From Octopus vulgaris (lineage: Eukaryota), in assembly GCA_951406725.2 (NCBI GenBank), contig OX597815.1:92070001-92134000 (forward strand): 64,000 nt of DNA. The letters run 5' to 3'. Positions 38,673 to 52,834 of this stretch are shown one piece after another (within the stretch, counting starts at the first letter, position 1; each line of letters opens with the position of its first letter). The notes under the pieces were generated by a model. That model was not told where the DNA came from and did no database searches. It saw nothing but the letters and a program-made list of their open reading frames with translations. The translations under genes were made by a program, and so were the position numbers.

Positions 38673-39772
38673 GTTGACTGTAAGAAGTTTTCAGAACTCA
38701 AGTAACAATCTGATGAGTTAGATCAAACTGATAATGTAAGAAATGTAACATTAGTATTCATGCCAAATTAGCAAATACGAGGGAGGTCCCTATGTAGGCT
38801 TTTGTTATTGTTTAGCCCCAAGTCGATGCCGATCGAGCACATTTATTTTTCATCAAAAGTTATTCAAGTCACGACCAACTTTTCTTCTTAATTTTTTATT
38901 CCAGAAATTCCTAACCCGGACCACATTGTCCTATATCTCCTTTTTGAAGACGATGGGATGTAAAGTAAGGGAGATATAACTGTTATTTCTAGCAGGTTGA
39001 GCGACGACAGTTACTTTTATAAGTCAATGTGGAGAATGGAAGTGGGTTACTTCCCCTACTTAATTATTCTTCTGTGTTATTTAGATCCAATGGTCAGCAA
39101 TGGGAAACAGCGGGTCTTTCTAAGTGACATGCCGAACGAAAAATTACCTTGAATATTTTTAGTAGTGTGGCCCGCTTCACAAATCAGGATGCCCAAGCCT
39201 AGAGTAGATCTACTGAAGACGTTCTACCCATTATTATATTGTATTTTTTAATATCAAGGACAACACCTTTTTAAGGCAGTATTTGGGGGAATTTTGCTGT
39301 TATTCCGAGCAATGGTTCTGGTTGTCCCGCTTTTATTTAGCAAAATTATAAAAACTTATGTCAATTTTCTTTTGAAACCAGGTAAATAAAGTGTCAAAAG
39401 TGTGGACTGGGATATTAAAAGGTGATGGGATAAAAATGAACTGGAATGACTGTTAGGAAGATTAGTACGTTAAGAAGAGCAGAACGAGTTTGACCTCTCC
39501 TTCTTTGGAGCCTTCAACACAGCCGTTTCCGAGAGAAGGAAATTTTTCGAAACTGAGGTTGATGAAAAGTCGACTCAACGGTTGAATTCGGAGCGCTGAA
39601 ATATTGTGCCTTGACAATTCTTAATTTGTTACCTTCAGTTAATTATGAAATAAATGTATACCAGAGATTGATAGAAAATCACTATTCTCACACCATTGTC
39701 ATTACTATCAGTTCCATGTGTTAGTCCCACAAGGAAATAATAATAATAATAATAATGATGATGATGATGATG

Positions 39773-41280
39773 ATTTCTTTATTAACCACAAAGGGTTTAC
39801 ATTAAGAAAAACATTGTGGACAGTACAGGAAAAAACAAAGAATGTGTATGTTGTGGGGGTTTTACGTGTGAGCAATGAAACAAAAAAAATATTCGACAAT
39901 GTGTAATCCTTAATAGAGAGGAGGCGTTGAAGGGCTGCTCATGGAAAACCCCCATAAAAACCATGTGTACCTTGACTTTTGGAGCAAGTGCCTCTGTTTC
40001 TTCCCTTTTCTCCAACTACAGGTGTATGTTCAGGGTAGGCCCATTCATTCACACCATTCTTGCCACTTTGCATCCACTTTAAGCAAACTGGCTAAATGAC
40101 AACACTTCCCTCTCTACCCTAAAGCGGCTAGATTATCTTCTTCAACAGCCAAGGTCTCCCCAAGAACGTCAGCGCACTTTCCTTCCATTAATGCTTTATA
40201 AAAAGCTAAAGAGGACATTCCACCTATTGCAGTGTCCAATTGGCTGAGGGCTGTGAGTGCTTGAGGACATTCCACTTTCCAAATACCTTCTCTAGCACTC
40301 TGTTTGACCCAGAACTGCAGCTCCATTAAAGAGACCAGCTGGGGAAATAAGCATCTGGCAAATTGTAACCACACCTGTTCACTGTCAAGGAAGCACTAAA
40401 GATGTACCCTCAGTACATCATCAACCACGGCATGTCCAAGCCACCATGCAGTGGGTGTTGGCAGAAGATAGACTGCCTGACCATTGGGATGCATCTGTAG
40501 CAATATTGTTTTCTTCATTGCTATCTTCACCGTTTGAGAGAAATATTAAGAATGATCTCGTTTGAGATTACAAACATCTTTGGCTAGTTTAACGTTGTTG
40601 TATCCACTATTTTGATTGGTTGGTATCTAAGCGCGGTCTGTCTCTCTACTTATTTTGCGCCACTGGCCAAAGCCATACCTACACATCCCTTCCACATAAA
40701 GTGGAAGAGTATACTCTCCAACATTATCAGATGGTGGCTGAGATAAAGTATGATGGTCAAGTAGTAGTAGATGATGGATGCGATGAAGGCATTAGTCACC
40801 TCTGCCCAACCTTTCAGGGATAGCTTCCTCTCAGCCCATTTCTGGGTGAGAGTAATTACCCTTTTCATTACCTTGTCCCAGTTTTTGTCCATCTGAAAAT
40901 CCAGACCAAACCAAACAACAGGCAATTAACCGGTCTGTCCATCTAGTGCCCAACGATGCAATTGGATAGGATGGACTTGCTTCTCCAGGTGCCAAGCCAC
41001 AAGCCCACTGATTTTTTCTGGTTAACCGTCACTCCTGATACCGCCTCTTAGTCCCTGAGACCGATGCCAATCATTTCCATATGTTTATGCTCCAACACCA
41101 CTACAGTGACGTTGTTAGAAAATGCTGACATGCATCTCCCACATCCTAGATCATGTGGGATGCCCCTCAATGTCTCCAGCTTGTGTAGTAGTGGCTCGAG
41201 AGTCAATACACACAAGAGTGATGAGAGGGGCAACTTTGCCGGACTGAGCACAAGCAAGGGCGATAGTTGACAGAAATGGT
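39773..41280 (-). mobile_element. Decayed L1/Tx1-clade LINE (RT and C-terminal region)
   Basis: LSSLLCVLTLEPLLHKL (like LSPLLY..ALEPL), SAFSNNVTV (like YADDVT) and KWAERKLSLKG...IIYY...FHFMWKG. The 3' end ggttaataaagaaat is identical to 38236-38250. Confidence 0.8.
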
Positions 41281-42864
41281 AATGCTAAATTGCCAGCAAC
41301 ATTTAGATTTGTCTTCTTACAGTCTGGGTTGATTCCACCTACCCCCAAAAATGCATGACTTTGTACCAATTACTGTTTTTTAAAAAGGTGTCTCTACAGA
41401 AAGATTACTGACTTATATCAGAGAAAATTGAAACTTCATTTTTACTGTTATCATGAGGCTTGAACATCACATGACTTGACATTTCACCCTTTCCTCTCTA
41501 AGCAAGAGCTGCTTTAAATGACTGTGCAGTTTGCTAGAAATATGAGGTTTTTTTAAATCACACACACACAGTGTCATATATAACTGATATTTGGGTGTTC
41601 ATGGCTGACTACCAATCTTTTATCATAGATTCATTCATTAACTACTGACATGAGAATAAACAACTTCTGGTTTAACTTATTAGATAACCCTGTAGGCAAA
41701 AATTCTCAAAGCTGAATTTTATTCCCAAAAATTTAGGTGGAGATATAAGAATATGTGTAAATCAATTTGTAAATTACAGTTACAACTATGGGCTCTACCT
41801 GATTTTCATCTCTTGAATTGGTTGGTTCCTGTCCATGGTGTATACTCATGGAGCACTAGCTGACCCACATTCTATGAAATGGTGTGCCCCAAGTTTCAGT
41901 CTTGTATCTACACCCTTCTACCAATATATCTATGTCATTATCTCCGATGACATCACTCTCACATAGATGATACTATTCTTTATTCCCCCTTAATCTTTTA
42001 CACCCAACTGTCATTCACATACAACTTTGATACCTCATGCCAAAATCTACATTGATACTTTGAACAAGACTTTGAAAAGTCATGCCAGTTTTGTCACCTT
42101 GATGTTTCAATAAAATTTAATAAAAATATATTTTATGAAAAAAAAATTGCCATTCTCTATTTTCAAAATAATAAGTTAGGTTATGTGAAATGTCATCTTT
42201 AGCCACAGCCTAATGACTGAAACAAATAAGAGATAAGAGATATAGACATTGCTGGACTGGTAGTTTAACTTATTTTTATTTAAAATCACTTTAAAGGAAA
42301 AAAAAATTAAAGATTTGATTTTATGTGAGAGTTTGGAAATGCATACAATGTGGAAAAAACATATTTAACTGATAGTTTTATGAAAATGAACGATATAAGC
42401 TGGGATAAATGTATTGCAGGATGCAGCAATAGAGTGAATGCAATAATAAAAGTGACTGGTTGTGTAATACAACTCAAGAATGCTGCAAAAAGAAAAAAAG
42501 AAAAAAAGGGGGGAGAGGTCAGTGCACTCTTCACATATGCATCATTATCACCAGTCTATGTCCAATTTCCATTCTAGCTTTCACTGAATAGGTTATCATG
42601 AACCAAATTGGTTCTTTATTCAGTTGCTGCTCTCTTAGGTAAGTTGAAGGACCACATTTCACTTGTATATATTTCATTTCTATGCCGGGATGCCCTTCCT
42701 ACCTCCAACCACTCTATGGTGTGTATTGGGTGCATTTTAGTGTGGCACCTGCACAAGAAAGGTTGACATGTCCTTGATATGACTAAAGGGTCAATTTGGT
42801 GCTACATTGTTTTCGCTCATTTGCCATTAGTATGCATTACTAACACACACACATATATATATAC

Positions 42865-43220
42865 ATCATCATTTTTTTCCATGCTCGTATGGGCTGGACG
42901 GTTTGACTGAAACCTGGTAAGCTGCACCAGGTTCCAATCTGATTTGGCATGGTTTCTACAGCTGGATGCCCCTCCTAACACCAACCACTCCAAGAGTGTA
43001 GTGGGTGCTTTTTATGTGCCAGTTATGAAACACCAGCATCAGCCACGACTGTGATCTCATTTGGCTTGAGAGGTCTTTGGAAGCATGGTATATTGCCAAA
43101 GGTCTTGGTCACTTGTCACTGCCTCCATGAGGCCCAAGGTTTGAGGGTGCTTTTTACATGCCACAACTATGATTTCACTTGGCTAGATGGGTCTTCTCAA
43201 GCTACAATTTCGCTTGGCTA
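42865..43220 (-). mobile_element. RTE 3' UTR fragment
   Basis: gtttctacagctggatgccc...aacaccaaccactcc motif. Confidence 0.8.
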
Positions 43221-44876
43221 CATACATGTATATATACATACATATATATAAACACACACACACATATATATATATATAAACACATTTTTATCTTGTTATA
43301 ATCATTAGACTGTAGTTATGCTGTGACACCACCTTAGAAAATTTTAATGAAACTAATCAACCCCAGTCCTTTTTTTTTAAAAAACCTTTTATTCTATTGG
43401 TCTCTTTTGTGAAACCACTAAGTTACAGGGACATGAACACACCAACACAGAGTTTCCCAGTCAGAATATTAAATTTATTTTGGTATTTCTCAAGTTAGTA
43501 ATGTCAGTATGGTAGGTTAGCAACTCCATACACAGATCGCGTTCCAATGTCACCCAAAGCAGAGACTGGGGAACAATACGGTCATAGGACCCATTGGATT
43601 TTTGTACAACCTATGCTAGCATGGAACATGAACTTTAAATTATGATGATGATATGAGGCTTTATGGGTATCACAAAAAGCCTTGTTGGAAGCCCAACTTT
43701 CTGAGTTCTTTTACTGGGCTTAGAAAAGCTGAAGGACTGCTGCAATAAGTGTGTGAATCTGAGAGGGGAATATATTGAATAAAATCATAATTAGGGATAT
43801 TTATCCAAGATAAATACCAGTTTATCTCCATATCAATTAACAATACCAGGAATTCCACATGTGCAGATGTACTAGTGCTTATCATTGGTCTTTCATCTCT
43901 TGAAGAGATGAAAAAATGACCGGCTTGTAAAAAAACTTTTTTGCACCACTAAAAAAGGTGGATAGAAACATGACCTAGTTCTTCCAAACTATGCCTATCC
44001 CATGTCAAGTGGTCAAAATCAGCCTCTAGCTATTTTTTGAATGGAATCCAAGACACACAGACTACAATTCAATTAGAATGAACTCTCCATCCATTGAAGA
44101 TGTATGGAAAAAGATTTACTTTGATAAACTCTTGCCTAGATGAAGGCTTTTGCTTTTTAAAATTCATAATGCAATTTAATCGCATATAGATTTAGGTAAT
44201 TAAAACTTAAACATGACTATTATTATAATAAATATAGTGATTATTCTGTGACACATTCTCCATTTTTTTTGTATATAGATATATTGATAACTATACTTGT
44301 GTGGGAAAAAGTTATGTGATAAAACGTTTGCTTCCTAACCATATGGCTTCAGGTTCAGTCCCAGTGTAATAGAAGGTTGACTAAAACCATTTAAGTGGAT
44401 TTCGTAGACGGAAACTAAAAGAAGCCTGTTGTGTATATATGTATTTGTAAATATGTGTGTGCTATTGTTTTCTTGCTTTGACTCCACATTAAAATAGCAA
44501 AGGATCGTTGTCACTATCATACAAGCATTATTCTTTATTTGCAATCTGTTGTGAAAACAGGTGAGTGTTAGCAACAGATAGGGAACCTGGTAGTAGATAA
44601 GCCACCACAACAAATTCCATTGGATCCATGTAAGTTTGGAAAAATAGTCATTAAATGATGATGGTGATGATGATACAGAGGCATCCCCTATGTTATGGCA
44701 GTCTCAAGTTACAGAATTTTAAGCTTATGGAAATTGTAAAGTATGACCACTGATTTCAGGAGAGTTTGTAATTTTGCCGTTTTGGAAACTCAGATGAATT
44801 TTTAGTTTACAAATTATACTTTCTTCTTAACTAAAAGGCCACATTTTGGCATTTTAGCAGAGATCAAAAATATAAT

Positions 44877-45243
44877 TAAAGGCCTAGGAGTGGCTGTGTG
44901 GTAAGTAGCTTGCTTACGAACCACATGGTTCTGGATTCAGTCCCACTGTGTGGCACCTTGGGCAAGTGTCTTCTACTATAGCCTCGGGGTGACCAAAGCC
45001 TTGTGAGTGGATTTGGTAGACGGAAACTGAAAGAAGCCCATCGTATGTATGTGTGCGTGTATGTTTGTTCCCCCCAACATCGCTTGATGCTGGTGTGTTT
45101 ACATCCCTGTAACTCAGCAGTTTGGCAAAAGAGACTGATAGAATAAGTACTAGGCTTACAAAGAATAAGTCCTGGGGTCAATTTGCTCGACTAAAGGTGG
45201 TGCTCCAACATGGCCAGTCAAATGACTGAAACAAGTAAAAGAA
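44877..45243 (+). mobile_element. SINE family A, near full length
   Basis: Matches 24329-24717. Confidence 0.87.
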
Positions 45244-45386
45244 TTTAAAAACATATTCACAAGTACATACATGTGTTTTTGCATATGCATCTCTATAAAC
45301 ACCTACGGAATGTGGGTTAATTTTTCACTGTGAATATTTGTGTTAGTATATTTTCTTGGATTACAATGAGTATCTCACTTCATGTT

Positions 45387-46583
45387 TACCATAAAAATAC
45401 ATGTAATTTATGCACTATTTTTTCACAAAAACAAACTTTAGGGGGTGCGTAAATTACACGAGTAGATAGTTTCCAGAACTTTTTTTTGTTGCAAAAAGAC
45501 ATACAAAGTGTAAACATTTGTACTGAAAGTTGACTCATTTAATGTCAGAAAAAATAATGGCTTAAATATGAAGTTGACTTTTATTTATGCTGGATAGTAT
45601 AATGCTTACTTCTGTATAAATTTACTAAAACCATTAAAAACTACTTTTTGAAGTCTGATGTTCATGCTGGTAAACACGGTCCGGGACATATTTTACAATG
45701 CTTGGAGCTTTTCTACTTATCACAATGGAGCACCATTTGACATACATAATATGGATATTCCTGACTTTAAAAAAATGTAATGATATGGATAATCTTGATT
45801 TTATGTTTATTACTAGGCACAGTTTTAAGTTTGCTGTACTGTTTATGCCAATTTTGAAAATTTGGTTCTATTGCCATGTTCAACTGCATATTCAACATAT
45901 TTAATTTCTCCTTTGCAGTAAATGATTTGTAAGTTCTGCCCATACTGACAACAGCGGTAATGACAAATTTTAAAGTTTGCTTGGTATTTTATAAGTGTGA
46001 AAGGGATTAAAATTTCGATACTCCATATCAAAGGCTCCAACAAGTATAGGCAGAAAAGAATTCTGTTTACATAATTAGGTTGATCAGTCACCTTCCTCTG
46101 TTGGCTGTGTAAAGTGTCATCCAAGCTGATGTATATTGGTAATTAAACTCAATTTGCAACACCTGTGTGTATTTATGAGCTTTGTTTTTGTTGGTAATTC
46201 TTATCAACAACTTTTCCTGTGATCATGATTTGAAAAGGCATACAGCAGTATGTTAAAGATTGGATATAATCTCTTGTGAGCAAGAAATGTAAAATAAAGT
46301 TTATTATAAACAATACAAACACTTTGTAATTTAAAAGCTTTCAATGTGATACCTGTTAAACAAAATTATTTTTATTTAATGAAAATTTAATAAAATCTAA
46401 TCATAAGTTAAGTGAAATTATGCTAAATACAACTAAAGTGAAAACCTTTTTCCCTAGCTATATCGGCAATACTGAAAACTTTTTGGTGTGAATTTTACAT
46501 AAGAAACTTTTTTTTAACAAATTTTATCCTAAAAATCACCTGTGTAAATTACACAGGTGTGCAATTTACATGTTTTTACGGTA
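45387..46583 (-). mobile_element. Internally deleted pogo-like DNA transposon
   Basis: Terminal inverted repeats taccataaaaatacatgtaatt and aatttacatgtttttacggta. The minus-strand remnant YVEYAVEHGNR resembles the Brinker-type DNA-binding domain of POGK-like transposases. Confidence 0.65.
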
Positions 46584-47379
46584 CACATATACAAAAACCA
46601 ATCTTTACATCCACAACTATTATCAACATCAATACAGAAACAGCATCTGCTCTTATCACCCAACTCATTAATAACCACCACCACCACCAATAGTATGAAC
46701 AAGATAAGCAACCCCTTCTAAAATAAAAGAGATTGACATAGTACACATCTTATATATTTTAAAAGCTGAATGAGACATCAATGATTTATTGGAGACTAAC
46801 AATACCTCCCCACACCCAATTATGAATAGCTAATTGGCAATAACAGTAACTGTATCAATGATAGCAACGCCTGTGGCAACATTTCTTATGTTAAGACAAT
46901 AGAGAGCATGTGTATGAATGGTGGAGGTTTCTTTGGTTTAAGTTTGAGGTGCAAGGGACAAAATGCTTGTGGACTTGGTAACCTTTTAACTAACTGTAAT
47001 CCGCATGTACTTCTTCCCACCTCACTCTGATACCCTTTCATTTTATTTCCATTCTTACAACCATAGAAAAACAATTCTTTCCTGGTGAGTACTATATACT
47101 ACATATTTGTTGTGAATACTTATTGATCACCACCACTGTTGGATTTATCAACATTCCAAGTTGTTTGGAAAGAAACCATCAAATGGAAATGAAGGTAGTA
47201 GTGTAGAATCCTAAAGGGATTACACTGTATGTATAATTTCTTTACACTTAGTGTTTTAAAAGGGCTTGGTGTGGGAGAAAAAAAAATCAGCCAAATTGCC
47301 AAAATATTAAAACTTGCAATGTTTACAAAGTCAACAAAACTTAACAATAAAGGGAAAATTGAGTACTCAAGAAGCTACT

Positions 47380-47860
47380 ATGTATAACTGCTTAGATCTT
47401 GTTCGTTCATAGATCTAATGTAATGCTTAAAATAGAATGGCAGCTCAAATGTATGGACTAAGGATCATGCTCAAAGCATAATGGCAATTTAAAGAAGAAA
47501 AAGAGATTAAAAGTGTGAATGACATAATGAAAAACATTTTCAGACTAAGAAAGGTTGGTTTGAAAGGCTCAAGGATTTAAATTTGCACAGCATAAAAATT
47601 ATTGGTGATGTTGTCAGTGTTGAAATAGTGATTACTACTAACTGTCCTGAGCAGCAGAAGAAAATGACCTGAGCTTACATACCAAAGCAAATATACAATG
47701 TTGAAATTGCACTTTTCTGGCAGAGCAAGCTTGCTGGAAAGTTTGTTTCTAAAGAAGAAAAATCAACACCTGGATCTAAAACTAACAAACATAGTCAGAC
47801 ACCTCTGGGAAGATATGCTACTTATAATATCACTTCAAGCTTTACCTCTAATTTGGCATT
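47380..47860 (+). mobile_element. Tigger-like transposase fossil
   Basis: Translatable remnants KGWFERLKDLNLHSIKIIGD (47550) and IPKQIYNVE.ALFW (47679). Confidence 0.65.
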
Positions 47861-48094
47861 CAAAAAAACATGTATGACTAAGAATCTTTCTAAAGAATGG
47901 TTAACAAACATTTTTTTGTCAGAATATTGGTTTCAAATTTTGGCATGTCAGCAATAACAGGGAAGGGGGTAGTCAATTACATTGACTCCAGTGTTCAACT
48001 GGTACTTAATTCATCAACCCTGAAAGGCAAAGTCAGTTTTTATAGGCATTTGGTCTTGACAGCCTTTCATAACTGCCTCAGCAAGTTGGCATAG

Positions 48095-48731
48095 TACTTT
48101 TTCCACTATCACTCGGGGTTAGGAAATATTCAAGGGTACCAGCTGGATCTGCCTCAAACAATGTTTGATTTTCCCTGTGATGTGATCAGCCTGGTGCATT
48201 TTTGATCAGGTGTTAGAAGACATGGCAGTCACCAAACAGAAACCTTTGTCATGTCAAGTTCATTGTGTAGAATATTCCCAACTCTCTCATCAGATATACT
48301 AATAGCATTGGCTATTTGATTTATAATCAATCTGTCATCCCTCATCATGTGGTGAATATGATCAATGTGTTATTCAGTGGTGGCAGTTGCAGGACATCCC
48401 AACCTTGGGTCAGCTTCAAGATTCTTCCTTCCCCTCCTCAGCTTTGATAAAAGTGGAGTGTCATACTCTAATGAAGCAACCATATCAGCATGAATCTTCT
48501 TGGGGGTTAAATCCTTTTTCTGCAGGTACTTGATAACACCATGGTGCCAATTTTGTTGCTTTTCAAGAGAAGTCACTACAAGTTACTTTTGAAGAGTCAG
48601 ATATCAGTTTACTTGGAAAGAAACAATGCAGTTATTAATAAGAAAGTGTTGAAATTAATGCATGCAATATTTCACAGCTCTAGTATCACTCCTTCATAGT
48701 TACATTATGAACTTTTCATTCCACCCTCATA
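48095..48731 (-). mobile_element. Mariner-like element, 5' portion
   Basis: Terminus TA-TGAGGGTGGAATGAAAAGT; GVIKYLQKKDLTPKKIHADM...EADPRLGCPATATT; ISDERVGNILHNELDMTKVS. Confidence 0.85.
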
Positions 48732-49080
48732 ATTGACAGTGAGGAACTTTTGGAAGTTGAACATAATGGATGCTTTGGAGAGCACAACTAAGTCATGGGG
48801 GAAAGAGAAACCCTCAACTATGAATGGTGCTTGGAAAAATGTATGATTAGACTGTATCTATGATTCAACAAGTTTTCCACTAACAGAAACATCAAATTCA
48901 GAATGATGTGATGCATTCAAATGATGTTGTTGAGTTGTTAGTATCCCATAGAGAAAGCTAATCAAATGCGGAGTTCATGTTAGAACAAGAATAAGTTGAC
49001 TATATAGATGAGATTATGGATATAACACCAACTATACCTAAATTTACTGCAACAAATACTGATAAGACTAGCACTTACAG

Positions 49081-51122
49081 AGGTAAGAATGTTGGTTATA
49101 GCCTAGTCACCCATATAGTTAACCAAGTGATACACGAAGGAGTCATACCCATTGACTGGTGTAGCAGCATAATAGTCAACTGCTACAAAGGTAAAGGTGA
49201 CGCTTTAGATACAAATAATTACAGAAGTATCAAGCTGTTGGATCAGGTAATGAAGGTCATGGAGAGGGTCATAGCCCAACTAATTAGGGAGAGAGTCAGT
49301 TTAGATGGATGCAGTTTGGGTTCATTCCAGGGAAAAGCACCACTGATGCTATATTTCTGATAAGACAGCTGCAGGAGAAATACATAGCCAAAGATAAAGC
49401 TCTGTACTTGGCTTTTGTTGACATGGAGAAAGCCCTTGACAGGGTCCCCCGATCCCTTATCTGGTGGTCAATGAGGAATCTAGGGATAGATGAATGGTTA
49501 GTGAGAGCTGTGCAAGCCATGTACAGGGACGCTGTCAGTCAGGTGAGGGTTGGCATCAAGTACAGTGAAGAATTCCAGGTAGAGGTAGGGATCCAAGGTC
49601 CAGTTCTCAGTCCCCTCCTATTTATCATAGTCCTCCAGGCAATAACAGAGGAATTCAAGACAAGATGTCCTTGGGAGCTCCTCTATGCTGACGACCTTGC
49701 TCTAATTGCTGAGTCACTATCAGAACTAGAGAAGTTTCAAGTGTGGAAACAAGGATTAGAATTGAAGGGCCCTAGAGTCAACCTAGCTAAAACCAAAGTC
49801 CTAATAAGTAGGAAGGCAGGCAGACCACAAATCTCTTTAGGTAAGATGGCCCTGCTCGATCTGTAGAAACTCTATAAGATGTGCCCAGTGTATGCTATGG
49901 ACTCATAAGAGGTGCAGCAATATCAAAAGAAGGCTAAATGGGAAGATAGTTTTTATATGTGGTAGATGCTCAGGAGCAATAAACACCGAAAATGTGCAGA
50001 GAACAACATCCGCCACATTCCAGGGAGAAAAACTAGAAGTAGTTGATAGCTTCCGTTACCTAGGTGACCAAATCAGTAGCGGGGGAGGGTGCGCTGAAAA
50101 TGTAGCCGGTAGAATAAGAATAGCCTGGGCAAAGTTCAGAGAGCTCTTACCTCTGCTGGTGACAAAGGGCCTCTCGCTCAGAGTAAAAGGTAAAATGTAC
50201 GATACATGTGTACGAACAGCCATGCTACATGGCAGTGAAATATGGGCCGTGACTGCTGAGGACATGCGTAAACTTGCAAGGAATGAAGCCAGTATGCTCC
50301 ACTGGATGTGTAATGTCAGTGAGAGAAAAGTTGGACCTAAGAAGCATCAGATGTGGTGTGCAAGAGAGACGACTGCGCTGGTATGGCCACGTGATGAGAA
50401 TTGATGTGGATAGCTGTGTGAAAAAGTGTCACACCATAGCGGTTGAAGGAACCTGTGGAAGAGGTAGACCCAGGATGAGGTGGTAAAGTATGACCATTGA
50501 ACATTGGGCTGCACCGAGGCAATGACTAGTGACCGGGACCTTTGGAAATATGCTGTGCTTGAGAAGACTCGGCAAACTCAAGTGATACCAGGGGTGTAAC
50601 CAGCCCACTTATGCGTACCTTTCCTTCACTGGACACTAAACTCTGCTTGCGAAGATCTGTTGAGGCAAGTGATATCGAAATCAAATTTGATGACCGGCAT
50701 CCGTGTTAGTGGAGCACTAAGAGTACCATACGAGGATGATCGTTGACAGAGCAACAAGCTGGACTCCGTGCTGATGGCACGTAAAAAGCACCATTCGAGC
50801 GTGATCATTACCTGCGTTGCCTTACTGGCACTTGAAAAGACATTCAAGCAAGGTCGCTGGACTGGCTCTTGTGCAGGCAGCACATAAAAAGAGTACTATT
50901 TGAGCATGGCTGCTGCCAGTACCGCCTGACTGGCCCTCATGCCGGTGGAAGGTAAAAGCAACCGCTACACTCTCAGAGTGGTTGGCATTAGGAAGGACAT
51001 CCAGCTGTAGAAACTCTGCCAGATCAGATTGTTGTCTGGTATAGCCATCTGGTTTGCCAGACCTCAGTCAAATCATCCAACTCATGCTAGCACGGAAAGC
51101 AGACGTTAAACGATGATGATAA
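49081..51122 (+). mobile_element. RTE LINE, longest copy (RT domain frameshifted)
   Basis: YKGKGD..NYRSIKLL, QFGFIPGKSTTDAIF, AFVDMEKALDRV, LSPLLF, LLYADDL, FRYLGD; (GAT)n tail. Confidence 0.96.
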
Positions 51123-51780
51123 TGAAGTCTTTTTGGCCCACAAAGCAGAGGCGTAACCCCTCACCCTTTAAAAAGTATAATTTTTATTTTGATGGAAACT
51201 CACATTTTCAGTTATGGAGATTCCAATTCTGAATAAAAATAAAAAGGGGAAAAAAAAATCGCACTTTCAACTCCCACCCCCATTTCTTCATTTTTCTCGG
51301 AAATTCTTTCAGTGAAATACTAGAAAAAAAATACAGGGATTATGATTCTGAAAACAAGTTGCTTGTAAAATTTCAATTTTGCACCTTACTCCCAATCCTA
51401 TAGACTTCAAGCGGGCTATCCACATGCTAGAAATAACAGCCGAATCTCACAGGAATTTGTTGGGTGAATAAAACTGCAATAAAATAATGAAAAAAATATG
51501 TAATCAATCTACTCGCCTTTCTGCAAAGATATCTTTCAGAGAAATTTCCTGCAGTAAAATGAGGAATACTGTGACAAAGTGAGATTAAAGTGTTCATTTT
51601 TTCTTTTTTTTTTGTCTCTGCAAAATGAAACTTGAAAGTTACAAAAAATATGAGTGCAGAAATAACAGTCAAATCTCCAACAAACTCTTTTTTTACAACT
51701 TTGTCACAGTATTCCTCAGTTTACTGCTAGAAATCTTTTCAGAAGGGGAATAGATAAATTACATATTTTCTTCATTATCT

Positions 51781-52834
51781 CGTAAAAGGTAGACTGTATG
51801 ACGCATGTGTACGAACAGCCATGCTACATGGCAGTGAAACATGGGCTGTGATTGTGGAGGACATGCGTAAGCTCGCAAGGAATGAAGCCAGTATGATCCG
51901 ATGGATGTGTAATGTCCATGTGCATACTTGACAGAGTGTAAGTACCTTGAGAGAAATGTTGGACCTAAGAAGCATCAGATGTGGTGTGCAAGAGAGACGA
52001 CTGCGCTGGTATGGTCACGTGGCGAGAATAGATGAGGACCGCTGTGTGAAAAAGCGCCACACCCTGGCAGTTGAGGGAACCTGTGGAAGAGGTAGACCCA
52101 GGAAGACCTGGGATGAAGTAGTAAAGCATGACCTTCAAACCTTGGGCCTCACTGAGGAAATGACTAGTGACTGAGATTTTTTGGAAATATGCCGTGCGTG
52201 AGAAGACCCGGCAAGCTAAATGAGACCATAATCTCGTGGCCTATGTCAGGGGCGTTACCAGCCCACTTATACATACCTTTTCCTTCTTTGGATACTAAAA
52301 CTCTGCTTGCGAAGACCTGTTGAGGCAAGTCAAATCAAAATCAAAATCGATGACTGGCATCCGTGTTAGCGGGGTGCAAAGAGCACCATACGAGTGTGAT
52401 CATTGACAGAGTGGCTAACTGACTTCCATGCCAGTGGCACATAAAAGACACCATTGGAGCGTGATCGTTACCAGCGTCGTATTACTGGCACTCGAGCCCC
52501 ATCCGAGTATAATTGTTGCCAGAGCGGCTATCTGGCCTCCATGCTGGTGGCACGTAAGACACCATTCGAGCGTGACCGTTACCAGTATCGCCTTCCTGGC
52601 ACCCATGCCGGTGGCATGTATAAAAGATTCGAGCGAGGTCATTGCTAGTGCTGCCTGACTGGCTGAGCCGGTGGCATGTAAAAGCACCCACTACATTCTC
52701 GGAGTGGTTGGCATTAGGAAGGGCATCCAGCTGTAGAAACTCTGCTAGATCAAGATTGAAGCCTGGGGCAGCCATCAGTCATACGTCCAACCCATGCTAG
52801 CATGGAAAGCAGACGTTAAACGATGATGATGATG
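51781..52834 (+). mobile_element. RTE LINE, 5'-truncated
   Basis: ORF 51947..52174, 3' UTR repeats and (GAT)n tail. Confidence 0.93.

Noticed and set aside
38705-38760. CTGATGA...GAAATGTAACATT hammerhead-like spacing upstream of METTL21A
   Set aside because: No closing stem II pair next to GAAA, and stem I does not pair.
48280-48300. Minus-strand CTGATGAG
   Set aside because: Part of the mariner transposase coding remnant (ISDER).
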